64,000 nt of DNA from a phage. Numbering within the stretch: position 1 is the stretch's first letter; each line of letters begins with the position of its first letter. Below are positions 56,755 to 64,000 of this stretch, piece by piece. The position numbers and the translations under genes were made by a program. The notes under the pieces were generated by a model that had not been told where the DNA came from, searched no databases, and saw nothing but the letters and a program-made list of their open reading frames with translations. The stretch lies in the sequence record PZ402300.1. The stretch is one strand, 5' to 3'.

Positions 56755-57015
56755 CTAACGCTTAGTCCAAAAGGCAATACGAATGCTGTTCTCTTGACCA
56801 AGATAGTTGATACGTACATATAATCCATTACCATTAAATTCTTTTCTTTTTTCCTGATAAGGCCATACCAGACTACGCATAGGTATATTAACAAAACCTG
56901 ATATGTGACCTAACTTAGTACGACCTTTTAGTTCGTTTTGTAATGCACAATAGATGTCATGTCGTGTGAGTGCTCTGGCTCTGACTTGAGCAGACCACAA
57001 TTCTTCATATGTCAT
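56755..57015 (-). CDS. Hypothetical small protein
   Basis: 86 aa ORF. Confidence 0.4.
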   Translation of the reverse strand: MTYEELWSAQVRARALTRHDIYCALQNELKGRTKLGHISGFVNIPMRSLVWPYQEKRKEFNGNGLYVRINYLGQENSIRIAFWTKR

Positions 57016-57395
57016 GAGAAGGTTCCCCAGTAGATATAGTTATCCCCCAGAATAGGCTTCCAGGTTTCGTCGAACATGACATTGCCAGTAGCATTAGCAA
57101 ACATAGGAGCAATTTCTTCATCCTTATAGCCAGCTAATCCACAACCAATACGTGTTACTTTAAAGTCCCACTTTGGGTGTGCTGTTGCATATAGGATGAA
57201 TGCATCTACGAATGTCTTAATATCTTCTAAGGGCATAGTCTTGATTGACTGATCTTTGGTTGGGATTGCATAACTGCAACCATAATGGCCTACGCCCATA
57301 CCCCAACGAGCACCGTGCTTCTTATATGCAACCTTTGCTGCACCAGCACCATGACGCCCTGCTAAATTACTTCCGAATACGAAGATTTCTTTCAT
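57012..57395 (-). CDS. Hypothetical protein (Rossmann-like Gly-rich N-terminus FVFGSNLAGRHGAGAAK)
   Basis: 127 aa ORF; motif only, family not assigned. Confidence 0.4.
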   Translation of the reverse strand: MKEIFVFGSNLAGRHGAGAAKVAYKKHGARWGMGVGHYGCSYAIPTKDQSIKTMPLEDIKTFVDAFILYATAHPKWDFKVTRIGCGLAGYKDEEIAPMFANATGNVMFDETWKPILGDNYIYWGTFS

Positions 57396-57398
57396 GAA

Positions 57399-57779
57399 TT
57401 ATCCTTTTGGATTTTCTACAAAATAGTTATACATAGCCTTTACTAGCTTCTCTTTAATAACCTCACCATGACATGGTTTCGGATAACAGAAGCACTGTAA
57501 GACTAATCCCTTCTCGTCAATGGCTTTATTACCCAGACGATTAAGTTCATCCAGTACAACCGGATTACCTTTATCAATCTGTTCTTGTAACCAGACTTTA
57601 TACTTAGCAATTACTTGCTCTCTGGTTCCATGTTTACCAATGACGAATGGATTACCTAATGGTGAACCACGCCCAATATACTCACCGTATTTACCGTGAT
57701 GTTTGTTAACAATAGTAATTGGACGTGCAGATACACCAAGTAAAGCATTGGTATCGTCACCTAATGACATAATCTTCAT
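57399..57779 (-). CDS. DUF4326-like protein
   Basis: 126 aa; GSPLGNPF and C-terminal CFCYPKPCHG motifs. Confidence 0.45.
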   Translation of the reverse strand: MKIMSLGDDTNALLGVSARPITIVNKHHGKYGEYIGRGSPLGNPFVIGKHGTREQVIAKYKVWLQEQIDKGNPVVLDELNRLGNKAIDEKGLVLQCFCYPKPCHGEVIKEKLVKAMYNYFVENPKG

Positions 57780-58090
57780 GGTTTAAGTACCTGAAATGGA
57801 AATACAGGACGTTTACTACGCCACTGGTTCATAGCTAGTTCACTGGTTTCAGAACCATCATGTAAGTCATAGATAAATGAGATTACATAGTCTGGTTCTT
57901 CCGGGAAGTTCTCTGTAGAGAATGGTAAACCTGATTCTTTGAGGATAGGAACCAAAGGAGATTCAGCATTACAGTAGAGAGTAAACTCTTCATTGAATGC
58001 CTGGCTTGTCTGAGATACATAATCAATATTATGCATCATCTTATCTACATCGGTAAATGTAGAATCATGAACTACTAGAATAGTTTTCAT
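57776..58090 (-). CDS. Hypothetical small protein
   Basis: 104 aa ORF. Confidence 0.4.
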   Translation of the reverse strand: MKTILVVHDSTFTDVDKMMHNIDYVSQTSQAFNEEFTLYCNAESPLVPILKESGLPFSTENFPEEPDYVISFIYDLHDGSETSELAMNQWRSKRPVFPFQVLKP

Positions 58091-58341
58091 ACCTTTCTCA
58101 ATGTCCCATAGATGTTATTATCGACAATACTCAAATCACAAAAACCAATCTCTTCTTGTCTCCCAGAGGATACCCAGATATTGTTTTCTGTTAGCTTAGG
58201 CTTCTTAAAGAATCCTATTAATGAGGTATTAGCACTCTTATACTGCCGAGGTAGTAATGCTATATACTTAACCCAGTGAGGCACTTGAATAGTATGTTTC
58301 ATATATTCCACGATCTTACCCGTAGGATATGTAATAATCAT
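58087..58341 (-). CDS. Hypothetical small protein
   Basis: 84 aa ORF. Confidence 0.4.
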   Translation of the reverse strand: MIITYPTGKIVEYMKHTIQVPHWVKYIALLPRQYKSANTSLIGFFKKPKLTENNIWVSSGRQEEIGFCDLSIVDNNIYGTLRKV

Positions 58342-58559
58342 TTCTGATAACCTTCAATGAAGTTAGTACGACGAATGAGCTGAGTAGATGCTTTAATAGC
58401 TGTCCCCTTGAACTCATCTTTGTGCTGATTTTCCAGTATCTTATCCCATTCTTTCTGGTTCCGTCGTTTCTGTAGGATACGACTACACTTCTTATGATTT
58501 GCAACTCCTCTTCCTTTCTTACAGATTGGGCAGATTCCATAATTAGTGCTGAACAACAT
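58338..58559 (-). CDS. Small zinc-ribbon-like protein
   Basis: 73 aa; CPICKK…HKKC; preferred over overlapping frame 58316..58540. Confidence 0.4.
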   Translation of the reverse strand: MLFSTNYGICPICKKGRGVANHKKCSRILQKRRNQKEWDKILENQHKDEFKGTAIKASTQLIRRTNFIEGYQK

Positions 58560-58571
58560 TTTGCTTATTCC

Positions 58572-58805
58572 TTAGTAAGTATATTCAAGAGATGTTTTAC
58601 CATCTGTATAACATACAGATACTTTACTATCTATGAAGTACATCTTGCTATTAATACGTACTTCATCAATAGAGAAATTGCTAAAAGGTTTAGAGTACAC
58701 CTTACGAATAATAGTTCTGTTATTACCCTTTAGTTTAATTCGGGCATAACCTTTTCGGTCAACGAATATCTCATTACCTACAATTACATCACTGAGGTTG
58801 TTCAC
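58572..58805 (-). CDS. Hypothetical small protein
   Basis: 77 aa ORF. Confidence 0.35.
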   Translation of the reverse strand: MNNLSDVIVGNEIFVDRKGYARIKLKGNNRTIIRKVYSKPFSNFSIDEVRINSKMYFIDSKVSVCYTDGKTSLEYTY

Positions 58806-59106
58806 TTAGTGCCTCCATCAGTATTTTACGAATAACATTCACATCAGATTCAGTACCAATTAAACCAACAGGTTTACCTGTACTATCTGTTACAAAGGAT
58901 GCAATCCTTTCCATCTCTGCTGTAATTAACTTGTCACCACTAATAAGACGATTACGAAGGTAAGCCTCATAAGCTACCTCTACATCTTCTACTGTGGTTC
59001 TTTCATTACGAGAGAATGGATTGCTTAGTGGGAATGGTAGGTGGATACGTATATTCCGGTCAGCTATTTTAGCTGAATGTGGAAGTATACAAACAATTTC
59101 ATTCAA
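58789..59106 (-). CDS. Hypothetical small protein
   Basis: 105 aa ORF. Confidence 0.4.
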   Translation of the reverse strand: MNEIVCILPHSAKIADRNIRIHLPFPLSNPFSRNERTTVEDVEVAYEAYLRNRLISGDKLITAEMERIASFVTDSTGKPVGLIGTESDVNVIRKILMEALSEQPQ

Positions 59107-59146
59107 GGTTATTTCTCCTATTTAAATATATATCTAACTATTCAGG

Positions 59147-59179
59147 AATAAAAAATAGAAGTCCTCCTAATGGAGGACT
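59147..59179 (-). terminator. Rho-independent terminator
   Basis: Minus strand AGUCCUCC-AUUA-GGAGGACU followed by U-rich run. Confidence 0.55.
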
Positions 59180-59297
59180 CCTCATTATTTGATACATGGA
59201 TGATTGAAGGTAACAATCTTACGTACTGGTTCAGATGTCTGTTTCTTAGCAGTCAGACGTTCTTTTATCTTCTGTACGTCTTCTTTGGTTCCCATGA

Positions 59298-59480
59298 TTA
59301 AGGATTTACGCATGATTTAGTATTCCACATAAAGTTAAAAGGTTTATTGTTACGTACAATTCTTACAACCATTTGATAGCCATTGAGTTGCACAACACCA
59401 TAGTGTCGTTTCTGTACACCAGTGTGATACCTACGAAAGATACATTCTTCAATGGCATCTTCTATGTTAGTGAATATCAC
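59298..59480 (-). CDS. Hypothetical small protein
   Basis: 60 aa ORF. Confidence 0.3.
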   Translation of the reverse strand: MIFTNIEDAIEECIFRRYHTGVQKRHYGVVQLNGYQMVVRIVRNNKPFNFMWNTKSCVNP

Positions 59481-59681
59481 AGGTTCTCCGGTAATACTGA
59501 TAACTGAGCACAGGTAAATAACGTTTACACATCCCCACCTGGTTCATCTCTACCACGAGCATCACTCCCTATGACTACAAACATACCAATAATTACACCT
59601 ACAGCTAATAACCATGGAAATGCAGCTACCAGCAGTATCATTAATAAAGTACACAGAATTTCTACCAGTAGCTTCATAGCA

Positions 59682-59867
59682 TTATCCTTTGTGAAGTTTA
59701 CGTATCTGTTTACGGGTAGGTTTAGTTACAAAGAAGTGGTCATAGCAGCGACCATTTGCATCTTCTACAGATACCTGCCAACGAGCATTAAGTGACATCT
59801 TGCTGCCCCAAGGTTGTAACATAACAATCATCTTTTGTGGGTTATAACGGTTACATACTGTACGCAT
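59682..59867 (-). CDS. Hypothetical small protein
   Basis: 61 aa ORF. Confidence 0.3.
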   Translation of the reverse strand: MRTVCNRYNPQKMIVMLQPWGSKMSLNARWQVSVEDANGRCYDHFFVTKPTRKQIRKLHKG

Positions 59868-59970
59868 AATGGTTACTCCTTCATCTAATATAAATCTATA
59901 TCTATCTGATTACTGTTTCAGTACCCTTCGTCTAAAGATACTCAAAAAGTAGAAATAGCCTTTCGCATAG

Positions 59971-60001
59971 TTAAAAATAAAAGACTCCCCGAAGGGAGTC
60001 T
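59971..60001 (-). terminator. Rho-independent terminator (UUCG tetraloop)
   Basis: Minus strand AGACUCCC-UUCG-GGGAGUCU followed by UUUAUUUUUAA. Confidence 0.6.
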
Positions 60002-60010
60002 ATTGATTGA

Positions 60011-60391
60011 TTAGAAAGTCAGTTTACGAGCATATTTATTCTCGTCTGCTGGGATGTCAGCAGCCTCTGCTTTCACACGACGAAGTTGAACTTGCAGGTT
60101 AATGACTCCTTCTTCACCTGGTTCCAGGTTCTGAGCATATGCAATTAACTGTTCCAGCAAGTCGTTCTGTGCACAACGCATAGCACGGAAGTCAGCATTG
60201 CTGCTATTAGTAGGCAGCGGTTCCTGAGTATCCAGTGGAATACCAGTAGGCAGTGAGATGAATTTCTCATCATCAGAGCCTTCATTAGCTACATAACCAA
60301 TGTTCAGCCAGAACTGAGCTTTTGGTTTATCAGCTTTAGCAGTGGTAGCAGCAGCGTTAGATTGACCGAAAGTGAATTTTTGAATAGCCAT
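60011..60391 (-). CDS. Hypothetical early protein
   Basis: Track ORF 60011..60484; start reset to ATG 60391 (MAIQKF) preceded by GGAGAG RBS. Confidence 0.45.
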   Translation of the reverse strand: MAIQKFTFGQSNAAATTAKADKPKAQFWLNIGYVANEGSDDEKFISLPTGIPLDTQEPLPTNSSNADFRAMRCAQNDLLEQLIAYAQNLEPGEEGVINLQVQLRRVKAEAADIPADENKYARKLTF

Positions 60392-60520
60392 TTTGTACTC
60401 TCCAGATTTATGTGATTTACGGGTGAACTCGTCGGTGAGAACACCCAAACAAAGGGATAAAAGTTCAATGATTAGTGGATGCATTTACATCATCCATAAG
60501 ACGCGGAGCGTCGTTGCCTT

Positions 60521-60736
60521 TCAGAATGGACAACCTGTTTCAGCTTCCAGTTTATCCATGAAGTAGCCTGAGTTATGCAGATAAGCATGTAATTCAACAT
60601 GCCCTTGCATACGATACTCTTCGAGTAAGGATAGAAACTCTCCATACTCTTTATCTGTAGACCTTCTTGCATTGCTGAGGTTTACAGGTTTATTGCTAAA
60701 GCAATTCTCAATCATACGGATATTTTCTACGTTCAT
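60521..60736 (-). CDS. Hypothetical small protein
   Basis: 71 aa ORF. Confidence 0.4.
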   Translation of the reverse strand: MNVENIRMIENCFSNKPVNLSNARRSTDKEYGEFLSLLEEYRMQGHVELHAYLHNSGYFMDKLEAETGCPF

Positions 60737-60746
60737 GGATGTCTCC

Positions 60747-61001
60747 TTAATTGGTTGAAATGTATCCGTAAGCTGTGGAACAGCTTAGCTCTTCCTTATC
60801 TGGCTCTCCTTCACAGGATTCCCACTGCCATACATAACCAGTTAGTGGAAGGGTTTCTCCCTCCACAAAGTAGGGTTCACCATCTTTAATTTTTAAATCG
60901 GAATCTCTTGTAAGAGTGATTTCTCCATCCATCAATTCTCCTACGATAATTGTTCCAACAGGGACATCAGCAGAGCCTTCGATACAACGGAATTTGGTCA
61001 T
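60747..61001 (-). CDS. Hypothetical small acidic protein
   Basis: 84 aa ORF. Confidence 0.4.
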   Translation of the reverse strand: MTKFRCIEGSADVPVGTIIVGELMDGEITLTRDSDLKIKDGEPYFVEGETLPLTGYVWQWESCEGEPDKEELSCSTAYGYISTN

Positions 61002-61017
61002 GATTTTCTATCCTTAA

Positions 61018-61035
61018 AGTAGATAGTTATCTACT
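61018..61035. promoter_or_regulatory. 8-2-8 inverted repeat AGTAGATA-GT-TATCTACT (candidate operator) upstream of gene 60747..61001
   Basis: Perfect 8-bp arms; adjacent TTATCTATCTA repeat; 17-34 nt upstream of start codon. Confidence 0.4.
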
Positions 61036-61054
61036 TTTGATTATCTATCTAATG

Positions 61055-61083
61055 TTCAAAACAGGAGACTCCGAAGAGCCTCC
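61055..61083 (-). terminator. Hairpin terminator (UUCG loop, weak U tract)
   Basis: Minus strand GGAGGCUC-UUCG-GAGUCUCC followed by UGUUUUG. Confidence 0.45.
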
Positions 61084-61091
61084 TAGGTGAC

Positions 61092-61415
61092 TTAGTCTTT
61101 AGTCAGGATGTCAATTACTTTGGAATATTCTGCGTTATAGATACGAGCGTTCTCTGAATCCTTGCAGAATTCCTCAATACTTTTCTTACGCAGAGTCTCA
61201 GTCATAGCTGTTTCCTCTGCCAGTTTATTAACAAAGGTATGCATTTCTAATTTAGTACGAATGGCTTGTTTCTCTGCCATCGTACTTACATATGAATTAA
61301 GCATACCTACTGCTTTAGTTGCTGTACTGAATGTATCTGCAACAGTAGTAGCAGCTGAGTTAACAGTACCAAGTAAAGTTCCTGCGGTCATACGTACAGT
61401 AGCTTGAGTAGTCAT
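61092..61415 (-). CDS. Hypothetical small protein (Thr/Ala-rich N-terminus)
   Basis: Track ORF 61092..61604; start reset to ATG 61415 (MTTQATV) with GGAG RBS; upstream part of track ORF spans the G11 tract and is likely non-coding. Confidence 0.4.
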   Translation of the reverse strand: MTTQATVRMTAGTLLGTVNSAATTVADTFSTATKAVGMLNSYVSTMAEKQAIRTKLEMHTFVNKLAEETAMTETLRKKSIEEFCKDSENARIYNAEYSKVIDILTKD

Positions 61416-61497
61416 GATGATAGCTCCAATAGTTGATGATAGGACGACATGTCCATAACATGCGGAGCATGTGTAACGTGTAAGGTGGGGTAGGGTA

Positions 61498-61565
61498 GTG
61501 GCTACACCGTCAACATACCGGGGGGGGGGGCTAGCTGAGTGTAAGGGTGTAGCCCCAGCCACACC
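61498..61565. repeat. Imperfect inverted repeat enclosing an 11-G homopolymer (61520-61530) in a G-rich intergenic region
   Basis: GCTACACC (61501-61508) pairs with GGTGTAGC (61546-61553); upstream GGTGGGGTAGGGTAGTGG. Confidence 0.45.
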
Positions 61566-61597
61566 ACTGTAGTCATACCTACATAATGAATATTTAG

Positions 61598-61625
61598 TAT
61601 GCAAAAAATTATGAGGTAACTATCT
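61598..61625. promoter_or_regulatory. Repeat copy 1: TATGCAAAAAATTATGAGGTAACTATCT
   Basis: Near-duplicate of motif at 61665; contains CTATCT element shared with the 61018 inverted repeat. Confidence 0.4.
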
Positions 61626-61664
61626 GCATAAGGTTGTAGCCATACATAACTATGCTACTTTTCA

Positions 61665-61688
61665 TATGCAAAAATATGATAGCTATCT
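61665..61688. promoter_or_regulatory. Repeat copy 2: TATGCAAAAATATGATAGCTATCT
   Basis: Direct repeat of 61598 motif ~67 bp away. Confidence 0.4.
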
Positions 61689-62014
61689 TACTTATAAGCA
61701 GTTAAATAGGAGGGAGCATATACCAGGTGAGGGGTTCGTAGTTCACTCGTAATACCAAAAGTAAGAGTGTACTTATCTGTATTCACATGCCATGGTGAGT
61801 ACATGGAAGAAGGCCATGGTAGTTCCTTTCCTGGTTCCTGTAAGAATACTCTTACTTCTATTCCCAGTAACAAGGCTAACCCTTTTACTTCATGAAATGT
61901 TTGTTCATCCGGTACTAGTATAATAGTAGTAAGTCTATCTGGTATAAGGTTTTGTAAGGTTGTATGGATGGTGGGATTAGGCCCACCAGCATAACCTATC
62001 TTAGTAAGTTTCAT
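61688..62014 (-). CDS. Paralog-family small early protein A
   Basis: 108 aa; motif TIILVPDEQTFHEVKGLALLLG shared with five neighbouring ORFs. Confidence 0.5.
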   Translation of the reverse strand: MKLTKIGYAGGPNPTIHTTLQNLIPDRLTTIILVPDEQTFHEVKGLALLLGIEVRVFLQEPGKELPWPSSMYSPWHVNTDKYTLTFGITSELRTPHLVYAPSYLTAYK

Positions 62015-62348
62015 GGGATATAATCCTTACTCTCTTAAAATCTTTATTAGGTCTGCTATCTATAGTAAGTCCAACAAACCCTTCTTCTATCCTTGGTTCA
62101 AAGAACAAGAATGCAGATTCACCAGCAGGTATCTTTATGGATTCTCCTGGGTTGAGAATGGTTAACTTAGCTGGACTATTGAGAAGAAGGATGGAACCAC
62201 GGGTACTATCTGCTAACTCTCCTGATAGCATAACCATATGACAGTCTTGCGGTAGTAACCATTCAATAGCTTTAGTAATGTTCTCGGAGTAAACAGAGAC
62301 TTCATCCTTATACTGATGGAGATACAGTACTCTATTCATAAGGCACAC
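62001..62348 (-). CDS. Paralog-family small early protein B (divergent)
   Basis: 115 aa; MVMLSGELADSTRGSILLLN…LTILNPGE matches family pattern. Confidence 0.45.
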   Translation of the reverse strand: MCLMNRVLYLHQYKDEVSVYSENITKAIEWLLPQDCHMVMLSGELADSTRGSILLLNSPAKLTILNPGESIKIPAGESAFLFFEPRIEEGFVGLTIDSRPNKDFKRVRIISHETY

Positions 62349-62656
62349 TCGTCGCTAGATAAATATGAGGTAGAAGGATAGAGGGTAATAAGTCTACCAG
62401 TTAGAGTAGTAACTACCATAGGTTCACAAGAGGAGTAGATGTATACAACTACATTCTCTGGAGCTTCGATGGAAGTATCTATTTTAATAAAAGTAATAGG
62501 TACACCCAACATGAGGCAGGTTCCGATGAACTCATCCGCTTTTTCACATTGTTCATAGTACATTGTCATAGGCGTATTTATTCTCATCCAATGAGATTTA
62601 CCTACCCCCAGATTAAGGGGACTGGTACTACGATAACTCAAACCATAGAAGTGCAT
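62336..62656 (-). CDS. Paralog-family small early protein C (divergent)
   Basis: 106 aa; EQCEKADEFIGTCLMLG…IEAPE matches family pattern. Confidence 0.4.
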   Translation of the reverse strand: MHFYGLSYRSTSPLNLGVGKSHWMRINTPMTMYYEQCEKADEFIGTCLMLGVPITFIKIDTSIEAPENVVVYIYSSCEPMVVTTLTGRLITLYPSTSYLSSDECAL

Positions 62657-62659
62657 AGC

Positions 62660-62977
62660 TTACTTCCTTATGTAGAAGTAGCAGTATTCATCATTTACAT
62701 ACCTACTTTCCCATTGGTAGGCATCAGACACCAACATGTATGGAATAGGGTCACCTGCACTGTAGTTGGTATAAACAGAAGGAGGAATAATACATACAAC
62801 TTTACGGTCATTACCTGCTAAGAAGAGCTGACCTCTTACTTCATGGTAGTCCTCCAAGGTAGGAACCAGGATTACTTGCTGGGGATTGCTGTTCATGACT
62901 TCTTCTAAAGTGAAGTCAGTTGTGTACATAGACCCTACTTCTTCAGCATAGCTGGGGATGGTCATTATGAATTTCAT
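62660..62977 (-). CDS. Paralog-family small early protein D
   Basis: 105 aa; QQVILVPTLEDYHEVRGQLFLAGN. Confidence 0.5.
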   Translation of the reverse strand: MKFIMTIPSYAEEVGSMYTTDFTLEEVMNSNPQQVILVPTLEDYHEVRGQLFLAGNDRKVVCIIPPSVYTNYSAGDPIPYMLVSDAYQWESRYVNDEYCYFYIRK

Positions 62978-63338
62978 GATGGATTTTCCTTCCTTTAGGA
63001 ATAGGTCTGAAGTAAATGGAAAGTGTTTTATTAAAGACGTTATGGTCAGCTATCATTTCCCAGCCAGGTACTTTATAGAATCTGACTCCTGGGAATAATG
63101 TTTCGAAGTCTGCATACTCAGTAAGATCATACACAACTGGTTCAGTAAGTATACGTGTATTGATTTGCAGGTTACTTAAGAAAAATGAACCAACTATCTC
63201 GTGGGATTCTTCACAGTCTGGTAGGAAGACTACATGTTTAGATAGGAACTTACTTACCATCTCTGGTTCTCCAAGGTAGTAGGGTTCCTGCTTGCGTAGT
63301 ACACCGGTAATATCAATATCAAAAGCGTAGATGCTCAT
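62943..63338 (-). CDS. Paralog-family small early protein E
   Basis: 131 aa; HVVFLPDCEESHEIVGSFFLSN. Confidence 0.5.
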   Translation of the reverse strand: MSIYAFDIDITGVLRKQEPYYLGEPEMVSKFLSKHVVFLPDCEESHEIVGSFFLSNLQINTRILTEPVVYDLTEYADFETLFPGVRFYKVPGWEMIADHNVFNKTLSIYFRPIPKGRKIHHEIHNDHPQLC

Positions 63339-63352
63339 ATTTGCATACCTCC

Positions 63353-63389
63353 TGAAAAAGAAATGGGGTAGAGCCTCTCGACTCTACCC
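63353..63389 (-). terminator. Rho-independent terminator
   Basis: Minus strand GGGGUAGAG-UCGAGAGGC-UCUACCCC followed by AUUUCUUUUUC. Confidence 0.55.
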
Positions 63390-63538
63390 CTTACCGTTTT
63401 CAATCACGGGTCAGTTCATCACCCTAGATACATGTGTATCGTTAGCCTACTAGGTAGGAAAGGAGCCGGGCAACCCTGACTGTAGAAGTTATTAACTCTT
63501 TACGAGTACCGCCACTGTCTACTAGGCGACATGACTAA

Positions 63539-63829
63539 TCACATCGTCACCGTCATCCGAACACTGTCTTTGCTTCGCCTGACGGAGACACTATGAGGTA
63601 ATTTTGTGAAGAACACAAGAGAGGAAGGGCGTTTTTCTAAAGAGTAACTTTCTCTTGGTTCTAAGATCTTAATGCCCGGACGATTTTCTAAAAGCATCAT
63701 CCCAGCTAATTCATGGTAGGTGTCTTCATCATGTGTAATGATGATATCATCTGAAAGAATACCAGCCTTGGTGTGGTCTAGCTCCTTGTATTCATCTTTA
63801 GAGTCGTGGACTCTCATATAGATTCTCAA
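63539..63829 (-). CDS. Paralog-family small early protein F
   Basis: 96 aa; DDIIITHDEDTYHELAGMMLLENR. Confidence 0.45.
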   Translation of the reverse strand: MRIYMRVHDSKDEYKELDHTKAGILSDDIIITHDEDTYHELAGMMLLENRPGIKILEPRESYSLEKRPSSLVFFTKLPHSVSVRRSKDSVRMTVTM

Positions 63830-64000
63830 AGGTTACTCCTTTTGGGAATAGGGTCATCGGAACATTACATACTATACAGTATCATGAACTTTTTCTATAT
63901 CATGACTAAAGTGTAACTGTATGGTATCGTTTCTTCAAGGGGTATATCACCCCAAGAAAAGAATCTTCTTTAATAGACATAACTTTGTAGCGAGATAAGT

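Noticed and set aside
58316-58540. Alternative minus-strand ORF overlapping 58338..58559 in another frame
   Set aside because: The 58338..58559 frame gives a zinc-ribbon-like protein and a 4-nt start/stop overlap with the next gene; the alternative frame has less protein-like composition.
60490-60672. 60-aa ORF overlapping 60521..60736
   Set aside because: It overlaps the better-positioned 60521..60736 frame, which abuts the neighbouring gene; likely spurious.
1-64000. CRISPR arrays, integrase/transposase genes, prophage attachment sites, N4-type vRNAP hairpin promoters
   Set aside because: No regularly spaced direct repeats with unique spacers and no recombinase-like ORFs were seen. I looked for conserved short-stem, 3-nt-loop promoter hairpins of the N4 vRNAP type but could not identify a convincing repeated set by eye; the early promoters may lie outside this window.

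Overview
This window reads as a contiguous segment of an N4-like podophage genome (Schitoviridae), in reverse-complement orientation relative to the usual N4 map. Positions 1-23.8 kb (+ strand) carry the late module: lysis cassette (membrane proteins, GH108 endolysin with a SAR-like N-terminus, i-spanin with embedded o-spanin), portal, major capsid protein, several virion proteins and the hallmark giant virion RNA polymerase (3479 aa). A bidirectional terminator at ~23.8 kb separates it from a convergent minus-strand module (23.8-64 kb): small proteins, a ~2.4 kb non-coding island with tRNA genes, tRNA-like hairpins and structured repeats, then RuvC-like resolvase, SSB, ATPase, primase, Fe-S nuclease, family A DNA polymerase, Dda/RecD-like helicase, rIIB/rIIA-like genes, ThyX, dCTP deaminase, a MoxR-AAA/vWA pair, many small membrane or secreted proteins, the heterodimeric T7-like RNAP II, and a tandem array of six paralogous small early genes. 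The main finding is that the RNAP II large-subunit gene appears to be split into three exons by two related group I introns, each carrying a homing-endonuclease ORF. Intron 1 is supported by P1 and P10 pairings, a terminal G, conserved core elements and restoration of polymerase motif B; intron 2 shares the core but its splice sites are approximate. All calls are from manual reading of the sequence and ORF track; no searches or folding programs were run, and coordinates of RNA elements may be off by a few bases.
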